A stretch of DNA of 64,000 nucleotides from Octopus vulgaris (taxonomy: Eukaryota), in NCBI GenBank assembly GCA_951406725.2, contig OX597817.1, forward strand, positions 94,426,001-94,490,000. Reading direction: 5' to 3'. The stretch's first letter is position 1, and every line of letters begins with the position of its first letter. The translations under genes and the position numbers were made by a program. A model generated the notes under the pieces. The model worked only from the letters and a program-made list of their open reading frames with translations, ran no database searches and was not told where the DNA came from. Shown here one piece after another: positions 25,881-39,009 of the stretch.

Positions 25881-28800
25881 GCCACCTAAGAAGAGAAGGA
25901 CCCTCCTCAGCCCTCGGGCGGCCAAGCCATCGGCTGCTAGGGCTAGAAGGGCACGCGAGACCCACGAGGAAACCGCCTTGCGCCTCTCGCAAAAAGCTTC
26001 CCGTTCTGCTGCTGCTCGGGCATCTGAAACTACTAGCGACCGTTCTACCCGACTTGCAAGGGTCGCAGCGTACAGATCTTCCCTCCGCTCGTGGTTGACG
26101 AAAGAGCAACAGTCCAGCCAAAACATGCGGGCTTCTTCCTGTGCTTCCATCCGCAGAGCTCGCGAGAACCCCGAACAAAGGGCCATTCGGAATGCGGCTA
26201 ACGCCACTAGCACCGCCAGGACACGATCTGTCGAAACCTCACAGCAGAGGAGAGCTCGCCAAGCTGCTAACGCCGCAAACACAGCCATGGCTCGATCTGC
26301 CGAAACTCCACACCAACGAACTTTTCGGACATCCAGAGATGCCATTAACACTGCTTCTGCTAGGGCTTCAGAGGGTGCTGAGGCGAGAGCTGAAAGGCTT
26401 TCATGGGATGCCACTGCTACCGCTGTCGCACGTGCATCTGAATCTGCTGAGGCACGGTGCACTCGACTTGAGAGTATCAACAAACGTCGGGATATCATTC
26501 GTTGTGTACGTACTCCTGCCCCCGCTTTCTTGTTGTCACTAGCATTCAACTACGACGCCACAATTAACTTCTCCTTGCGTGACGACATCAAGATAGGGTC
26601 AATGACAATTGTATGCCAGTTTTGCAAAGCCAAGAAACGGCCCGGAGAGCCACCTGGTTTGTGCTGCTCTGGTGGCAAAGTGGACCTGCCACCCCTACGG
26701 GAACCACCTCAACCACTGAAGGATCTCGCGGCGGGTTTAACCCCCGAATCGTCACAATTCCTTGAAATCATTCGAAAGTACAACTGCTCATTCCAAATGA
26801 CCTCTTTCGGGGCCAAAATTCCTCCTAGAGAAGGCTGGATGCCTACTTTCAAAGTGCAGGGACAGGTCTACCATCTTATTGGGTCACTTCTGCCAGACGA
26901 GATTCAGCAGTCTTCTTTCCTCCAAATATACTTCATTGCCGACTACAACCAGCAGGTTGATGCACGCCTTGGAATAATACCGGGTACATGCTATGTTCCC
27001 CGCAAAGACATTCTTCTCCGTCTCCAAACCATGCTTCATGATATCAACAGCTACATCTGCAGCTTCAGGTATGCCTTGGACAGTGCTCCATCTCCAAACT
27101 TCACCGTTGTCATTGATGCTGATAAACGACCCCACGGGGAGCACGAACGCCGTTTCAACGCACCTGCGTGCAACGAAATTGCCGCAGTCATACACGGAGA
27201 TCAACACAACAGCCGTGACATAATCATCTCCTCCCGTGGTAACAGCCTACACATGATCAGCGAGACTCACAGATCTTATGACGCGCTTCAGTATCCATTG
27301 CTTTTCCCTTGTGGGGAAGACGGCTACCACTTCGGAATTCCTTTACGGCAGCCCTCCAATCAAACTACTGCGGCATCAAAGACGGTTTCCTGCAGGGCGT
27401 TCTACTCATATCGGTTCATGGTCAGGAGGGTGAGTTCAGCTTATTGCCCCGTTGTCGTCAGCTATTCAACCAGTTCGCCGTCGACATGGCCGCCAAAATG
27501 GAATCGGAAAGGCTGCTATACATTAAACTTAATCAGACCAAACTTCGCTCCGACTCCTACATTCATCTCCGTGACGGCTTGCAACAAGAAAATGACCCTC
27601 GCAACATCGGCAAGCCATGCATTCTACCCTCCACCTTCACGGGAGGACCGCGATATATGCGTGAAAGGACCCAAGACGCCTTGACCTACGTGCGCATTTA
27701 CGGCCGGCCGGACCTCTTTATCACCTACACGTGCAATCCCATCTGCGACGAAATCACTCGCGAACTCCTCCCGGGTCAATCTCACACCCATCGACACGAC
27801 ATCGTTGCTAGGGTTTTCCGTCTGAATTTGGGCAAAATGAAGGATTTGATAGTTAAGGGTCATATTTTCGGGCATGTCAAGTGCCACATGTTTTCGGTCG
27901 AGTGGCAAAAGAGGGACTTGCCACATGCTCACATCTTAATTTGGCTAACTCATAAAATCGAGACTAATGACATTGACAAATTCATTTCCGCCGAGATTTC
28001 TGACCCCGATGAGGACCCCGAACTGTACGAAATTGTCCGCACTACCATGGTACACGGGCCCTGTGGACCAAATTACGCCAACACACCATGCTGCAAAAAC
28101 AGATTAGCCTGCTCAAAGGGATTCCCTAAACGGTTCACTATGGAGACTCAAACTGGCGGCGATGAGTATCCGCTGTACAAACGAAGGAGTCCAGCCAATG
28201 GAGGCCGCACGATTACGGTTGGGCGACATCAAGTGGACAACAGCTACATTGTCCCCTACTGTCCTCTCCTGTCGAAGATATTCAAAGCCCACGTCAACGT
28301 TGAGTTCTGCAGCTCCATCAGGTCAATACAATATGTCTGCAAATATATCAACAAGGGCAGCGATGCTGCCATGTTCAGCATCCAGAGGACCACCAGTCGC
28401 GACGAAGTGTCCAACTACTTGGCTGGCCGGTACCTCAGCAGCAACGAAGCGTTTTGTCGCATTTACGGCTTCCCGCTCCATCAGAGACACCCGGCTGTGG
28501 TGCAGCTTGCTGTACACTTGGAAAATGGACAGTGGATTTACTTCACAGAGCAAAGTGCTGTGCAGGTAGCCACCAACCCTAAAGACACAACGTTGACCGG
28601 TTTCTTCAAATTATGCCAACGTGATGACTTCGCTCGAACGCTTTTGTACCCACAGGTCCCATCGTACTTCGTGTGGTCTAAAAACACCTGGGTTCGACGG
28701 AAATCCGGCAAAAACGTCGAAGGCTTCCCAGGCGTCAAGTTTGACTCCTGCCTGTGTCGAGTTTACAACATCCCACCAAACCAGCAAGAATGCTTCTACC

Positions 28801-30680
28801 TCCGTCTCCTTCTACATAAGGTCACTAGTCCAACAGGTTTCGGCAATATACGTACCGTCAATGGGGTTCTGTGCGACACCTTCAGGGAAGCATGTATGAG
28901 ACTTGGCCTTCTAGAGGATGATTCCCAGTGGGACGCCACGATGGCAGAGGGCGCTTTACTGCAAACGCCTTCGGCCCTACGACATCTTTTCGCAATCCTT
29001 CTTCAAAAATGTCAGCTTAGTGACCCACTAAGTCTCTGGATGAAATACAGAGATGACATGTCGCACGACTTCTTACGTACAGCTCAGCAACACTGCCCTT
29101 CCGCCGAGATCACGTTCACCAACTTCATTTACAATTTTGCGCTCATTCAACTCGAAGACGCTGTCATCGATATGGGTGGCTCTGCTTTAACAGAGTACGG
29201 CCTTCCACCACCCACACGTGAACACGCCAATGTTATGTCTGCTGAATTGTTACGCGAAACTTCCTACTGCATTGAGGAACTGCACCAGTACGTCCAAGAT
29301 AATGAACCACGACTGCTTCCAGACCAGCGCATAGCCTACAACACCATCGTAGACTCTGTCAGACAGCAACGTGGGGGGATTTTCTTCCTTGACGCACCTG
29401 GCGGCACTGGCAAAACCTTCGTCACGAAACTAATTCTGGCGGAGGTCAGACGCAACACGGACATTGCCCTGACTGTAGCTTCCTCTGGTATCGCGGCCAC
29501 GTTACTTCCGGGTGGCAGAACCGCCCACTCTGCCTTCAGACTCCCGCTCGATCTGGCAAAGTCCGAGTCACCTATCTGCAACACCGCCAAGAACTAAGAA
29601 CAGGCCGACATTCTGCGCAGATGCAAACTCATCGTATGGGACGAGTGCACTATGGCACACAAAGGCGCCCTTGAGGCACTGGACAGGTCCCTGCAAGACA
29701 TCAGAGACTCTACAGCCCCCATGGGAGGATTAACTTTACTTCTTTCAGGAGACTTCAGGCAGACTCTACCTGTTATTCCAAAAGGAACCCGTGCCGATGC
29801 CGTGCGCTCGTGCATTAAGTCGTCAGCTCTTTGGGCACATGTGCGGCCCTTGCACCTCCAAACTAACATGCGCGCGCAGTTGATTGGTGACAGCGGATCC
29901 GCTGCATTCTCCAGGGACCTTTTATCGCTCGGTGAAAATAGGATGCTGGCTGATGCGGATGGCTGCGTTCAATTGGACTCACTTTGCACCATTGTCGACA
30001 CCCCTGCTAGCCTCCGGGACGCTGTCTTCCACGACTTACAAAACAATTTACGCGACCTAAAATGGCTGGCAGGCAGAGCTATTCTCGCACCCAAAAATAC
30101 AACCGTCAACTCCATCAATATCCAGCTACTTGAAGCTATTCCTGGTGATGTCCACGTCTACAAATCTATAGATAGGACAGCAGACCCTGCCGAGCTTGCC
30201 GATTATCCTGTTGAATTCCTGAATTCACTTGAACCGCCAGGCCTGCCGCCACACATCCTGAAGTTAAAAGTCGGTGCGCCCATTATGCTCATCAGGAATT
30301 TGGTTCCACCTAAACAGTGCAACGGCACACGTTTGGTTGTGAAACATTTGGCACCACATTTAATAACGGCCACAATACTTACCGGTTGTGGGAAGGGAGA
30401 GGACGTCTTCATTCCACGGATGCACCTTCAACCGTCGGGCGCTGACCTACCAATCCACTTCAGGCGTTCTCAGTTTCCTGTTAAACTCTGCTTCGCAATG
30501 TCCATCAATAAATCCCAAGGCCAAACGCTACAAGTCGCTGGGTTACATTTGGGCGAACAGTGCTTCGCCCACGGTCAACTCTATGTGGGCTGTTCACGCG
30601 TTGGGAGGCGCAATGATGTTTTCATGTTTTTGCCCAAAGGGACAGCTAGGAACATCGTATATACAGAAGTATTCGAGTGA
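25879..30680 (+). pseudogene. Helitron RepHel (HUH endonuclease + Pif1-family helicase); one frameshift and one premature stop
   Basis: ATG 25879 (MPPKKRR); Zn motif CQFCKA..CCSGGKV; frameshift ~27425. Rep motifs PDLFITYTCNP, VEWQKRDLPHAHILIWL, YVCKYINKG. Walker A APGGTGKT; in-frame TAA 29595-29597; Walker B IVWDEC; GDFRQTLPV, AMSINKSQGQT, HGQLYVGCSRV. Confidence 0.95.
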
Positions 30681-30801
30681 AGAGAAGACATTGCAACCTC
30701 CACATGCACCTTCGTTTCCTGGAGGGAAAGGACTACATTGGGATTAGTCGTTGCCTACTAGGGGCTCTCACATACCCGGGCAAGGCCGGGCTATGCTGCT
30801 A

Positions 30802-30881
<80 letters not shown>

Positions 30882-30885
30882 ATGT

Positions 30886-30917
<32 letters not shown>

Positions 30918-33900
30918 TTATACATACTTAATTACATACATACATGCATAGGCATAAGAGAAGGAACGACATACACAAACTGACAGACAGATGGGTGATG
31001 TTGAAAGAACAAATAAAAAGAGAGGTAAAGATAGTGACTAGGATAACAAGAGAGGATAGAAGTGTGTTAAACCTGGAGAGGAAGTTTCATTACGAAGAGA
31101 AAGAAAAATACCAAAATAGCTGCTGCAAGATCTATATCTTTTTTATAATTTCTAATCTTTTTATAATTTAAAAACATAAAAAATGCAATATAAAACAACT
31201 ATATTTAAATAGAAATAATATGGGAGATAATTCAATAGGATCCAATTAACTACTTTTTTTCCTATTATTCTCCATTTCTGAATGAACAAGCACTATTTCT
31301 TGTATTTTAATAGAATTATTCCAAATTTTCAATTTAACATTTTGCAGTGTTTAATGGATGCTAAAAATAATGATATGTAATCAACTATGAAAGCATCAAT
31401 TGCTTTTTTCTCTTAACAAACGTTGAATAAATTATAAATACACACACACAAATGTTGGTGTGTGCATGTGCATTTGTGCATGTGTGTATGTGTGTATGTG
31501 TGTGTGTTGTGTGTGTGTGTGTGAGTGTGTGTGTCTGTGTGTGTGCGTGCGTGCAACGGCGCGTGTGTGTATGTGTGATTAGCTTTACTTTATTTTCATG
31601 TTATGTTAAGCAGTTAACCACGTTCATTCATCTGAGAGGACTTGGTTAAGCTTCGGCGGGGGGGGGGGTGAAATTAGTGCAAATAGCTTCTTTGGCTCAT
31701 AATACTGACAATATTAATAAATTACAATATGATTGTATAGACATACACATACACGTACAGCATACATGCACATACATAAATGTTTATTCATAAATACAAA
31801 ATTTTATACAAATATATATACGAATGCACAGATATTAATAGATCTGATTGCATGTGTGTGTGTGCATGTATCTGTGCACGCACTTACAGACACATATTCC
31901 TGCACTCACATATTCAAATGATTGTGTATGTATGTGTATGTTGTGTTTGTATCTAAGTGATTTATTCTTTCAAATCTAACTAATACACAGGATAAACAAT
32001 TAATGTTTTTTTAAGAAAATACATCAGACTATGTTTGAATCGCTGATTTGTATCTGCATTGTAACAGACACACATGTTTGCACAATCTCGCACACACGTA
32101 TACATATATGTGTGTTTGTGTGTGGATCTCTGTGTGTATATGTGTGTGTATACGCACATCTGTTTGTGCATTTCAGGTGCACGTATGCATATACATATAT
32201 ATAAATAGATATGTATGTTGTAAAGCAAGAATATATTTATGCATCAACATATAGGTTCTGTGTTGGAATATCAGGTGCTGCAACCTGGAAGTGGACAATA
32301 TTGCAAAATCGCGACTGTTACATATCTTGCCAGGACGCCCAAGCGTTTTCACAAAGCTACTTTACGCGATTCCAAATTAACCATTCAGAGCCGGTCCTTT
32401 TACCTTAGTACACCTAATACAAATCAAGTGTATTAATACAAATTCATTTGATCTTATACTTGAAACTATTTGATTCTCGCCTTGTGAGTCTATGTAATAC
32501 TATTGTTTTATCGTGCTGGCTTTTACTTCCGACGTCCAAGTATTTCATTTTCTAGTAGCTATACACAACTAAGGAACTAACACGCTGAGAGTTATGGTTA
32601 TCTGGCATAATAATGATAACTATATTCTTTGGCAGAGATCATATTTTTCAAGAATGTTGCTATTGGTGTGATTTATTTTTACAATTTTCCACCTAAATAT
32701 TTCATTACATAGCCGACAGAGACAAAAATGCAGTTGTCTCCCTCTCTTTCTCTCAACCTCTCTTTCTTCTCTCTCGCTCTGTCTCTATTTCTTGCTGTCT
32801 CTTTCTCTGAATAATGTAACCGATTATATGGACTCAATATTTCACTGGTAGTTGTTTAATCTATCTCGAGAAAATGAAAGCAGTGAAGCCCAACGTAGTT
32901 CCAACGAAAATAACTACCACATGGTATTTTGTCCATCATTCTACCAATTCTTCCGCCCGCAGTCACCATTTTCTCACTATATTAATTCTACCATCCACTG
33001 ATTTGTCTGTCATTTTGCTGTCATTTTGATTCTATCCACCCATCATTATTTTCGGTCAATCTAACGATTCTGTCAATCCCTTGAATATCTACCCAGAGAG
33101 ATTATGTGGCAGACGCAAATGGCGGTGATTTAAAGGTGTTTTCAAGCACAGATTCTTGTCGCTAAGAGTTCAGTGGCAGAAGTTTTAACACAGATAAATG
33201 TCCTCAACTTTAGTTTAACGCCATAAATTGTTCAGAGGTGGTGTTCTACCTTTTCTCGACAATCATATGGATATAAGCAAACGAAAATGGCGTATTTCCT
33301 ACGACAATAAATTGACACCCATGCTATACAACTGAACTCAGTGACTGGAAATTGACAATCAAATATTTCACCATACGACTATCATAGATTAAGTATGGAA
33401 GTATATTTAAGTTAATTTACGCATCAAAAAGCAGAAACATGCTGTATTGGGATTAGTGTTGGTTTAATTCCAACGGACTGAGCTGATTACGGACTACCTA
33501 CAGACTGCTGTTTCCTTTTATTTTCTTTCATCTTCATTTACCCGTTCTCTGACAAGCTTCCCACTCCTCCTCTCTCTCTCTTTTTCTCTATCTCTTTCTC
33601 TCGCAAGTTCCTACATACACATACTCACGAAATTAATCATATCCTTATGTATAAGAGCACGAAGTTGTCTATAGTATACATGTGTGTGTATATGTACATA
33701 TGCATTATGTGTGTGCGTACGTGCGTGTGCGTGTGTGTATACATATACATACATGTGTATATATGAATATCTATATCTATCTGTCTGTCTATATATATAA
33801 TATATATACACACACACACTCACACACTCACATATATAGACGTGTGCGAGTGTGTATGTGTAAATATTCATGTATTATATATAATGGTTCTTTATGGCTA

Positions 33901-34295
33901 CATTAACTGTGATTAAAACCACACACGATATGAAGCAAATATCTGTGTTTATCAGTGATACTCCATTGCTAACTGTACATCAGATCTACTTAGGATCACA
34001 TTTATCCACTTGGAAACATGTGAAACAACAGTAGGGTATTTATCTTACAGTAGATAAAACACACACATAAACACACATTCGCACACACACGCACGCACAC
34101 ACGCGTACCCACACGCACACAAACATCGTTTACTAGAATTGTGTTTTCAGAATTATAATGGTTATGAGCGAAATGTGCGTAAACATGTATAACTATAATA
34201 CGTATGAGTAAGCGCATATTTCTATGCGTATATTTACGTATGTAAATTACACTTTACATAGTTTTAATATATTTTAATATATTTTATATTGTGTT

Positions 34296-34328
34296 TGTCG
34301 ACCGGTTTCGCCTTCGCTAATCATGACA
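34296..34328 (-). ncRNA. Minimal type I hammerhead-like motif with A3-U8 core
   Basis: Minus strand: tgtc-ATGATTA-gc gaag gc-GAAAC-cg-GTC-gaca; palindromic stem III ACCGGT. Confidence 0.5.
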
Positions 34329-34948
34329 TTAAAATTATTTTAATTACGTATTTCCTTAAGAAAACTTTTTTGTCCATGTTGCGTGTTTAGGAGTTTATGA
34401 ATGAATGATTCAACAAGTACGACTCACAGAAGTACTAACTGACTACAACAACGAAGATGAGTCACTAGTTAAAATAGAAGTAATTATCTTCCACCTAAAG
34501 GTAGGAATAAAACATTAGATGACTTCTACGACCATATCCAAAATTTCCCATATATTTTCCACAAATGTTTCCTACGTTTATCAACTTGCGGCATACGGTT
34601 CCATGGCGGACCTTGTCAACGACATAGATAACATGAAATTATACAGAATCAATCATTGATACGAATGATACAACCTTCAAAACGTGGTGTTTTATTATCG
34701 ATGCCAACATAATTTAGCGTATATTTAGATTCCATTTCCATACAGTTGTTCTCCATTGCCTGCGGGCAACGACGGAACTGAAATAGAACCTAAATATATA
34801 CTAAATTATACCGTATCATCTTATCTATGCTGCTTGTAAGGCCAATAATCTAGGTTAACATGCTATGGGATCACTCATAATAATGATTAATTTTCGCTTT
34901 CACCCATACATACACACACACATGTTTGTGTATGCTTGTGCTTTTGAG

Positions 34949-35046
<98 letters not shown>

Positions 35047-35742
35047 CTCATATGATAACTACACACGCATATACAGATATGCACACACATATATACACAC
35101 TCTAACACACTGAGCTATAAATAAAAGTGTGTATGTGCCACTATGCATGTTATTTTCTGTCTAAATTGGAAAAATAAGATATACCATTACATAAGCACAC
35201 ATACGTGACACAGAAATACATTCACGTACTCATACACATAAAAGCATTACTCATTAGACATGTCTGTCATGAGTTGTGCGCAACATGCAACAGAATTAAA
35301 TCAATAATCCCACGATCATTTTTATCTGTATAGGAAACAAGATGGAAGATAACGACGAAGCCAAAGATATACAAGCGGTCTGCTTCCGGTTGTAGTTATG
35401 TTCTATTTATATTAGAAATCATTTTCTAAAGAGCAGATATTTTGTTTCCGTTCACTTGTTTGTCTACTATTTTTATCTAGTACACTATGCGTTCTCCTTC
35501 TCTCCCTTTCTTCTCCTCTCTCCACCTCTATTCTTTCTCCCTCTTTCTTGCCTTCTCGTTTTATCGCCCTCTCTCCCTCCCTCTCTAGCTCTGTCTTCCT
35601 AATTAGTACCACTAGTATCTAGCTCTAGTTGCCTAATTTTCAAGCTTTTATCCTTCCCGTCTTTCCTTCTACTTTATCGGCTTCAAGATTATTTTCAGTT
35701 CAAAAAATATTTTAGTCATAACTATTTTATTTTTCAATTCGT

Positions 35743-35767
35743 CTTCTTCTTCTTCTTCTTCTTCTTC

Positions 35768-35855
<88 letters not shown>

Positions 35856-35890
35856 CATCATTGTTATTGTTGTTGTTGTTGTTGTTGTTG
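35743..35890. repeat. Compound trinucleotide microsatellite (TTC)n(TTA)n(TTG)n
   Basis: Directly visible; abuts the 3' end of the R4/Dong-like element. Confidence 0.95.
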
Positions 35891-38035
35891 TCTCTGCACA
35901 GCTTTTAACGCTGGAGATGTACTACGGTGTCAGCTGTTCACTACCAGTAAACTAAGATAACACCCCTTATTTGTCGAGCACCATCCAGAGTATTCGAGCG
36001 GTTCCAAGCAATGCTGTTTTCTGCAAGTGTTCTACCCTTATTGTAGCCCCTATTTGTTCCATGAACTTATCAAGATTTTTATTCCCTGTTCCCAGGGCTC
36101 CGACAATTATTGATACTACTACCACCTTTATTAGTGACCACAGTTGCTTAACCTCCCAAGCTAACCTGTCATATCTATCGACTTCCCTTTCCTTCTTATC
36201 GCATACATTGTTGTTAGCTGGGCATGCTATATCTATGATCCATCATCGCTTTCTTTCTTTCTCAATTAACACAATGTCTGGTTTCCTATTTCCTATCTCA
36301 TGGTCGCATTAAATAATAAAATCCCATAGGATCTTTACATTATAATTTTCGATGATGCCTTCGGGTTTATGTTCGTACTACTATTTTGTTCTGTCAAGTC
36401 CGATGGACAATCATTGCTATATTGTCTCTTATATTCTTTCTGGGCTAGTGGCGTACATTGACTGCTAATAAGCCATACTGTTTCCCCATTTTGTACACAA
36501 ATTCTGCACTTATCACTTTCTGAAGTGTTGTCTATTCTGTATTTTATGTAAATCGTTCTTAAAGCTTGCTCTTGGGCAGCAGAGATTAGAGCCTCCGTTT
36601 CCGGTTTTAAATCACTTTCAGTTATTCATAGCCATCTTTTTTTCTCTGTCTGTCTTCTCGTCAACAGCCCTATGAAATTGTCCGTGCATTTTTCTCTTTA
36701 TCCGCCTTTTTTCAGTTTCATTAATTCTCAAGTCCTTGTACATTGCTTTAACTTTGCAATCTTTCATCCTACACAAGCCTAACCTTCTTACTTCCAATAA
36801 TAGCGGTTCTGTGGCACTTTTTTTACACACCATGTTATGTTGTTTTCTTCTGTTCTAATGCTGTGTTCGCATCCAGTCAGTCCTCTTCCTCCTTTTTTTC
36901 TTGGTACATGCAGTCTGTCTGTGTCACTTTTTGGATGGAGTATCCCATATCAAGTCAGCAACTTCCTTGTCTTTCTGTCTAAGCTGCTTAGTTCGTCTAC
37001 TGTCCATGCGATTACCTTGCTCCATATCTAAGGAATTGAACCCGCCCAGGTGTTGATAGCTTCAATCTTATTCCATCCATTTAATTTCGAATTAAGGATC
37101 AGTCTCCGTCTACGCAAGCACTCCACCTTAAATTTTTCTGTCATTTCTTTCTCCATCAATTTATCCATTTCCAATATCCCCAAGTACTTATAGCCTGTCT
37201 CTTCTATCTGCTTCATAACCTCCCCCGGCGGTAAGGTAGCCCACCCATACATTTAATTTTGCTTCTCTTAAGACTAACACACTACACTTTTTCAGTCCCA
37301 ACTCCATTCTGGTATCAGCACTGAAAGTATACACCGTATCACCGAAGGAACTGACTCGGGATTCACCTTTACCGTAAAGTTTGAGGTCATCCATGAATAA
37401 CAAATAGTTGACTTTTTGTTGGCGACTCTTGAATACATACCCAGCCTTTGCTTTCCAGATTAGCATTGTCCCTAAACTTCTTCCATATGCTGTCAGTTCC
37501 ATACTTTTTCCAAGCAATCGTTCAACATTCGATGCAATACCAAATAGGTTCATACATTCCATAACCCAAGAATGTGCGATCATATCGTATACCTTACGAT
37601 ATCGATCCATGACATGGCTAAGTTAGTTTCCCTCTTCTTGCGGTCTCTAATTACAGTTTTGTCTAACAGCAGTTGATTCTTGGTACCTCTGCACTTACGC
37701 TTGCAACCCTTCTGCTCATGTAGCAGGGCTCCATTTTATTCCAGATGTCTGTACATTGACTCTGCGGCTATTCCAGTCAATAATTTCCACATAAGCGGCA
37801 AGCAGGATATCGGCCGTATTGCTTTTTTCGATGTTTTTCGAGCACAGCACTGTCCTACCCAATGTCAACCACTCTGGTGTTATTTGGTCAGGATTTTACA
37901 AGATGTTGCGTTGTGCAGCTATTCGTGCATGACACTCACCGAATATTTTGCTCCAGTAGCCTTGAACTCCATCTGGTCCCAAGGCCTTTTGTTTCAGTTC
38001 TTTCAATCATTCAGCATCCTTCTTTTGCTCCTTGT
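35891..38035 (-). mobile_element. R4/Dong-like RLE non-LTR retrotransposon, 5'-truncated and degenerate
   Basis: Minus strand: EQKGCKRKCRGTKNQLL, YDMIAHSW, LLFMDDLKLY (~37400), YKYLGILE, SKLNGWNKIEAINTWA, HGQF, AAQEQAL, CRIC knuckle, RKPDIVLI (restriction-like endonuclease), VGALG. Confidence 0.88.
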
Positions 38036-38040
38036 CTTTG

Positions 38041-38079
38041 CTCCACCACCACCACCACCACCACCACCACCACCATCAC

Positions 38080-38135
<56 letters not shown>
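38041..38135. repeat. (CAC)n(CAT)n microsatellite
   Basis: Directly visible; source of the poly-His/Pro/Ser ORFs. Confidence 0.95.
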
Positions 38136-38329
38136 AATTCGCCGGACAAAATGCCGAGCGACATTTCTTTCGCTTCATTACAGTCTAAGTTCAAATTCAA
38201 GCAGAATCAACTTTAACTTTCATTTCTCCGCAATCGATAAAATGACGTGTATCAGTCATGTACTTACTATTTCTCCTCAAATTTACTGACGCTGCGTCAA
38301 AATTAGAATGATTTAACTTTATTATTATT

Positions 38330-38600
38330 TTACATACGCAAAACAGTTTTTATTCTTACTAAGAAAAGCTTCAGATCATCCATGTAGAGCAAGCCATTAA
38401 TTTTTCCTTCCTATCTCTAAATTGATACCCTGCCTTTGTTTTTCTTAATATTAAACTGAGGGGAATTAAATTATAACACAAATATTCTGCAGGTCATCAA
38501 CGCGACTTTTAATTCCAATCTCTTTCAGTTTTTTATTTAGTATTTTGGGTGTTTTGCAGTTAACTGTCTTGATCTTCTACAGTTTTCTCAGCTCTCTGTA
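38330..38600 (-). mobile_element. Second R4/Dong-like RT fragment
   Basis: Minus strand IPLSLILRKTKAGYQF...INGLLYMDDLKL, with frameshifts. Confidence 0.7.
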
Positions 38601-38605
38601 TAGGC

Positions 38606-38911
38606 CAGTGGATTTCAACCGGGGTCCATATAAAATGTTTGGTCTCCACGTGACAAAATAGTAAATTGGCGATCCACTATAATATCTTAAGGGCCCCTGA
38701 AAAACTTTAACTTTAGATGTATGTATTGGTATTTATTGCACGAAACAGCTAACATTTTACAAAGTTCAATCCACGCAAATTAATATGTGAAAAATAAAAT
38801 AGGAATTTTGAAAGAAGTTTCTATAAAATTAGTTTTTAAGCATCGAATGGCTATGGGGGTTCGCCAGAATAAAATAATACTCATAGATGAAAAAATGGTT
38901 AAGAACCCCTG
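38606..38911. mobile_element. hAT (Charlie-like) MITE
   Basis: TIRs cagtggatttcaacc / ggttaagaacccctg; imperfect TSD gtataggc / gtctagac; interior resembles the MITEs at 11446-12057. Confidence 0.65.
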
Positions 38912-39009
38912 GTCTAGACCCTGATATTTCTCATTTGATACTATAATCTTACATTGTTTATTTTGTCCTCTATGCTCATGTGTCTGATGTTCTTGCTTCA
39001 ATAATATAG

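Larger units (their letters stand above)
24423..30802 (+). mobile_element. Full-length canonical Helitron
   Basis: 5' A|TC...TATATATAAA at 24423; GC-rich 3' hairpin cata-cccgg-gcaagg-ccggg-c-tatg (30771-30795); terminal CTAG (30799-30802) followed by T; no TSD; internal RepHel gene. The 5' end could shift a few bp within the (TC)n run. Confidence 0.92.

Noticed and set aside
25809-30412. Antisense and alternate-frame ORFs inside the Helitron
   Set aside because: Shadow ORFs of a GC-rich coding region.
37680-38289. Poly-His, poly-Pro/Ser and poly-Asp/Gly ORFs
   Set aside because: (CAC)n(CAT)n microsatellite.
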